Source: Wickerhamiella versatilis (taxonomy: Eukaryota). Taken from it: 64,000 nt of DNA. The notes under the pieces were generated by a model, which was given only the letters and a program-made list of their open reading frames with translations, ran no database searches and was not told where the DNA came from. The stretch covers positions 868,001 to 932,000 of the forward strand of contig JAQOWU010000003.1 in the NCBI GenBank assembly GCA_030867685.1, given 5' to 3'. Shown in pieces: positions 61,461 to 64,000 of this stretch; positions within the stretch are counted from its first letter, which is position 1; every line of letters begins with the position of its first letter. The position numbers were made by a program, and so were the translations under genes.

Positions 61461-62651
61461 TTAGTTGATCTTTGTATTCTGGAGTTTGCGAGCCAACTCA
61501 TCAGCTGAATCAGTTCCTTCTTCAGCCGCAGGTTCCGATTCTGCATACTCCGCATCACGGGCTGCTGTGTGCAACGCGCTTTCCGATTCAATCTCGCTTT
61601 CTGAACTTTCGTCCATCTCATCATCAGAGGATGACACTTCCATATCATCGAGTTCGTCCAGCTCTCCAAAGCCCCTGTCCGCAAACACCTTTGCAATGGA
61701 GGCTACGTGCTCGTGCTCGTCACTAAAACAATTTCCATTGAGTTCGAGTAGCTTCAAGTTTTTGAGGTTCTTGTTTACGGCTGATACCAGTGCGCCAAGG
61801 CCCTCCGCATCAATCTCATTATATTGTAACCTAAGAGTTTCAAGATTAGCAGCACTCTTTTCCAATTCTTTGGCTAATCCCAAAGACCCCTCGGCAGACA
61901 ATAGACAGTCGGAAACGCCTAGTTCTTTAATGCTAGGCCAGTTGCATAGCACATCCACCAATGCCTTTGAACCAGTCTCGGTAAAAGTGTTATCTTGCAA
62001 ATCCAGCGTTTGAAGATGGGGGCTGTGAGCAAGTCCTTCACGCATGATTTGATCAATTCCCTCCTGCCGAATACCATTCTGATACAGCTTCAGGGTCTTC
62101 AAGGTACCATGCGATTTAATAAATGCGGCCCATGCCTCCATACTGCCATTTTCAAGACGATTTCTACCGCAAACAACAGTGGTCAGCGGCGGTCCGTTGT
62201 GCTCCTTCTTGAGGACTGCCAATTTCTTTAGCGCCAGGCCAACACGATGACCCGCCTCTGGACCAAAACCATTATTCGCAAGATACAAATGCTCTAGTGG
62301 TACATGATGGGCCAAAAAGCGTTCCAGAGGTGCAATGGTGGCTATTCCAAAAGCATTATCACTCAGATCCACAGTATGCAGGTGTGGCAGCTCAAGCAGA
62401 GCATCGACTAAATATTCCATGCTTTCAGGTATTTCTGAGGCAAGTCGGCCAGTGAACATATCATCCAGTTTGGCCACCTCGAGTGTTTTGACCTCACGCA
62501 ATTTTTCTGCGAGAAGTTTACAAGCTTCAACTCCCCAAGAGTTACCACCAACATTTACCTCCGTAACTCCATCTTTAAGACCTTTCAAGAAAGGCTCTAC
62601 ATCCTCTGCACTGTCGAATTTATGATTTGCACCAACAGAAAAAGTGGACAT
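61461..62651 (-). CDS. RNA1: Ran GTPase-activating protein
   Basis: LRR protein: GGNSWGVEAC, DMFTGRL, LSDNAFG, CGRNRLENGS, QNGIR, LQDNTFT, acidic tail. Confidence 0.96.
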   Translation of the reverse strand: MSTFSVGANHKFDSAEDVEPFLKGLKDGVTEVNVGGNSWGVEACKLLAEKLREVKTLEVAKLDDMFTGRLASEIPESMEYLVDALLELPHLHTVDLSDNAFGIATIAPLERFLAHHVPLEHLYLANNGFGPEAGHRVGLALKKLAVLKKEHNGPPLTTVVCGRNRLENGSMEAWAAFIKSHGTLKTLKLYQNGIRQEGIDQIMREGLAHSPHLQTLDLQDNTFTETGSKALVDVLCNWPSIKELGVSDCLLSAEGSLGLAKELEKSAANLETLRLQYNEIDAEGLGALVSAVNKNLKNLKLLELNGNCFSDEHEHVASIAKVFADRGFGELDELDDMEVSSSDDEMDESSESEIESESALHTAARDAEYAESEPAAEEGTDSADELARKLQNTKIN

Positions 62652-62797
62652 GCTTATGTTATGTTATGCTATTCTGTGCAAGGTGTTATAACTTGTTCCT
62701 ATGTTTAGGTCCTATGAATAGCTTTCGTTCTAGGTGCATCATAATGTCTGTAAGCCAAATCGTATGGTATAAATTCTCACTGATGTTGTGAATACAT

Positions 62798-63274
62798 TTA
62801 TTTCTTCTTGGGTCCACCCAGAGGAGAGCCGATGTCCTTTCCGCGGAGCTTAACTCCGATTTTCCGCTCAATTTTTCCAAGAACCTGCTGATTAGGCACA
62901 GCACGACCTGCTTCGTAGTCGTTGATAACACTTGGCTTCTCGTTAACGGCGGTGGCGAGCTCCTTCTGAGTTAAGCTCTTGGCCTGACGACCCTGCTGCA
63001 TGGCTCGGCCAACATCTGGTGAAATCTTGGGAGGAGGAGCCACATTGTCATCTCTATCGATCTTGGCAAGTCTCTGGCCTTCAGGATTGGCCCGATGGTT
63101 TGCGCCTCCCCATTTCTTCTCTGTTGCTAGAACGTTGCCCATACGGCGAGCAGCATTAATCTCCCCGGAGGAACGAGCGATCCTCTCCCTAGGTCCACTA
63201 CCACCAACTCGTACCCGTGAGCCTACAACTGTGTGACTATCCCAATCTGTATTGCTTTGAGGAACTCTTGACAT
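62798..63274 (-). CDS. MBF1: Multiprotein bridging factor 1
   Basis: DWDSHTVVG, INAARR, HTH TQKELATAVNEKPSVINDYEAGRAVPNQ, VKLRGKDIG. First ATG at 63274. Confidence 0.97.
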   Translation of the reverse strand: MSRVPQSNTDWDSHTVVGSRVRVGGSGPRERIARSSGEINAARRMGNVLATEKKWGGANHRANPEGQRLAKIDRDDNVAPPPKISPDVGRAMQQGRQAKSLTQKELATAVNEKPSVINDYEAGRAVPNQQVLGKIERKIGVKLRGKDIGSPLGGPKKK

Positions 63275-63647
63275 TCTCAATGTAGATGAGTCAGTGGCAA
63301 TTGTGGTCCCATTTGTAGTCTCAGGCTGAATAAGTCGAAATGCTGAGAAGGTTCGATAGACGTGGTCACCCGTTAATTGTAGTTAAGTAGGCGTGCTGCA
63401 CTCAGGAATATCCTCAATGACTAGGACGGTTCAGAAACGACTGCAGTGTTTCCATAGATATTATTTTCGTATCTAGGTTTCCTGCTTGAGCAACTATTTC
63501 TCCATTTCTGGGCTTGAGCTTGATCGGTAGCATGCTTTAGACTATTTTACGACTAGTTACTAAAAGAAATCCAAGATTATTTAGTAGACTACCAAGAATA
63601 ATGCTATTAGCGTTGACCAACGACACTTGTTGTCCTGCGTAATCAAC

Positions 63648-64000
63648 ATGGGTCCTCGGCGACCAGAAATGCGAGAGGTCCCCAGCGATTATGTGTTTGA
63701 CGGACATGGTGGCCGTGGTGCACCGGCCAGTTCATTTTTCCGAAGAATATCCCGCACGCACAATTCTAAGCACGTGTCGGAAGATGCCTCAGAGGACTTT
63801 GAACAGAAACCTTTGGGGGCTGGGTTCAGCCATACTGCCCATGTTAATCTTCAGAAGCCTTCTCATACAAAATCTGGAAAGACCCATCGAAAGCACTCCA
63901 CAAAATCGTATTTTGATTTAGATGACGATTGGGATGCGAACGTTGAGACACTGTCACCGAAAGTGCACCGGGAACCCTCCCCAAAACATACACACGCAGA
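63648..64000 (+). CDS. 5' part of a CDS running off the window, product unknown
   Basis: ATG at 63648; frame open to the window end (MGPRRPEMREVPSDYVFDG...KSYFDLDDDWD...). Confidence 0.6.
   Translation, partial: MGPRRPEMREVPSDYVFDGHGGRGAPASSFFRRISRTHNSKHVSEDASEDFEQKPLGAGFSHTAHVNLQKPSHTKSGKTHRKHSTKSYFDLDDDWDANVETLSPKVHREPSPKHTHA

Noticed and set aside
1-64000. Horizontally acquired bacterial operon, transposon, CRISPR array or tRNA
   Set aside because: All recognisable genes are of fungal type, and I saw no transposase, LTR, spacer array or tRNA cloverleaf.

Overview
Eukaryotic DNA from a very compact, intron-poor budding yeast. CTG is read as Leu, for example in the conserved ELLCQ of SHM2. 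Gene content and density suggest an early-diverging Saccharomycotina lineage such as Wickerhamiella/Starmerella, but this is inference. The window holds about 48 mostly single-exon genes, largely housekeeping, including NPR3, RAD27, a GLFG nucleoporin, NUS1, HFD1, CDC4, ISA1, two tandem Xaa-Pro aminopeptidases, SHM2, BDP1, ORC2, RPC11, RFA1, GRC3, RIX7, CDC34, RNA1 and MBF1. Two box C/D snoRNAs (snR40-like and snR13-like) lie between genes. I saw no tRNA, rRNA, transposon or CRISPR array. The main highlight is an intact ~497-aa DNA topoisomerase IB (Top1) paralog at 16645-18138 whose catalytic Tyr and most other catalytic residues are replaced, making it a candidate Top1 pseudoenzyme. Other highlights are an operon-style ATGA stop/start overlap between GPI15 and RNH203, a snoRNA that fills nearly all of a 107-nt intron, divergent gene pairs only 16-43 bp apart, and MCB boxes 4-11 bp from start codons. 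All homology calls come from motifs recognised from memory; no database searches were run.
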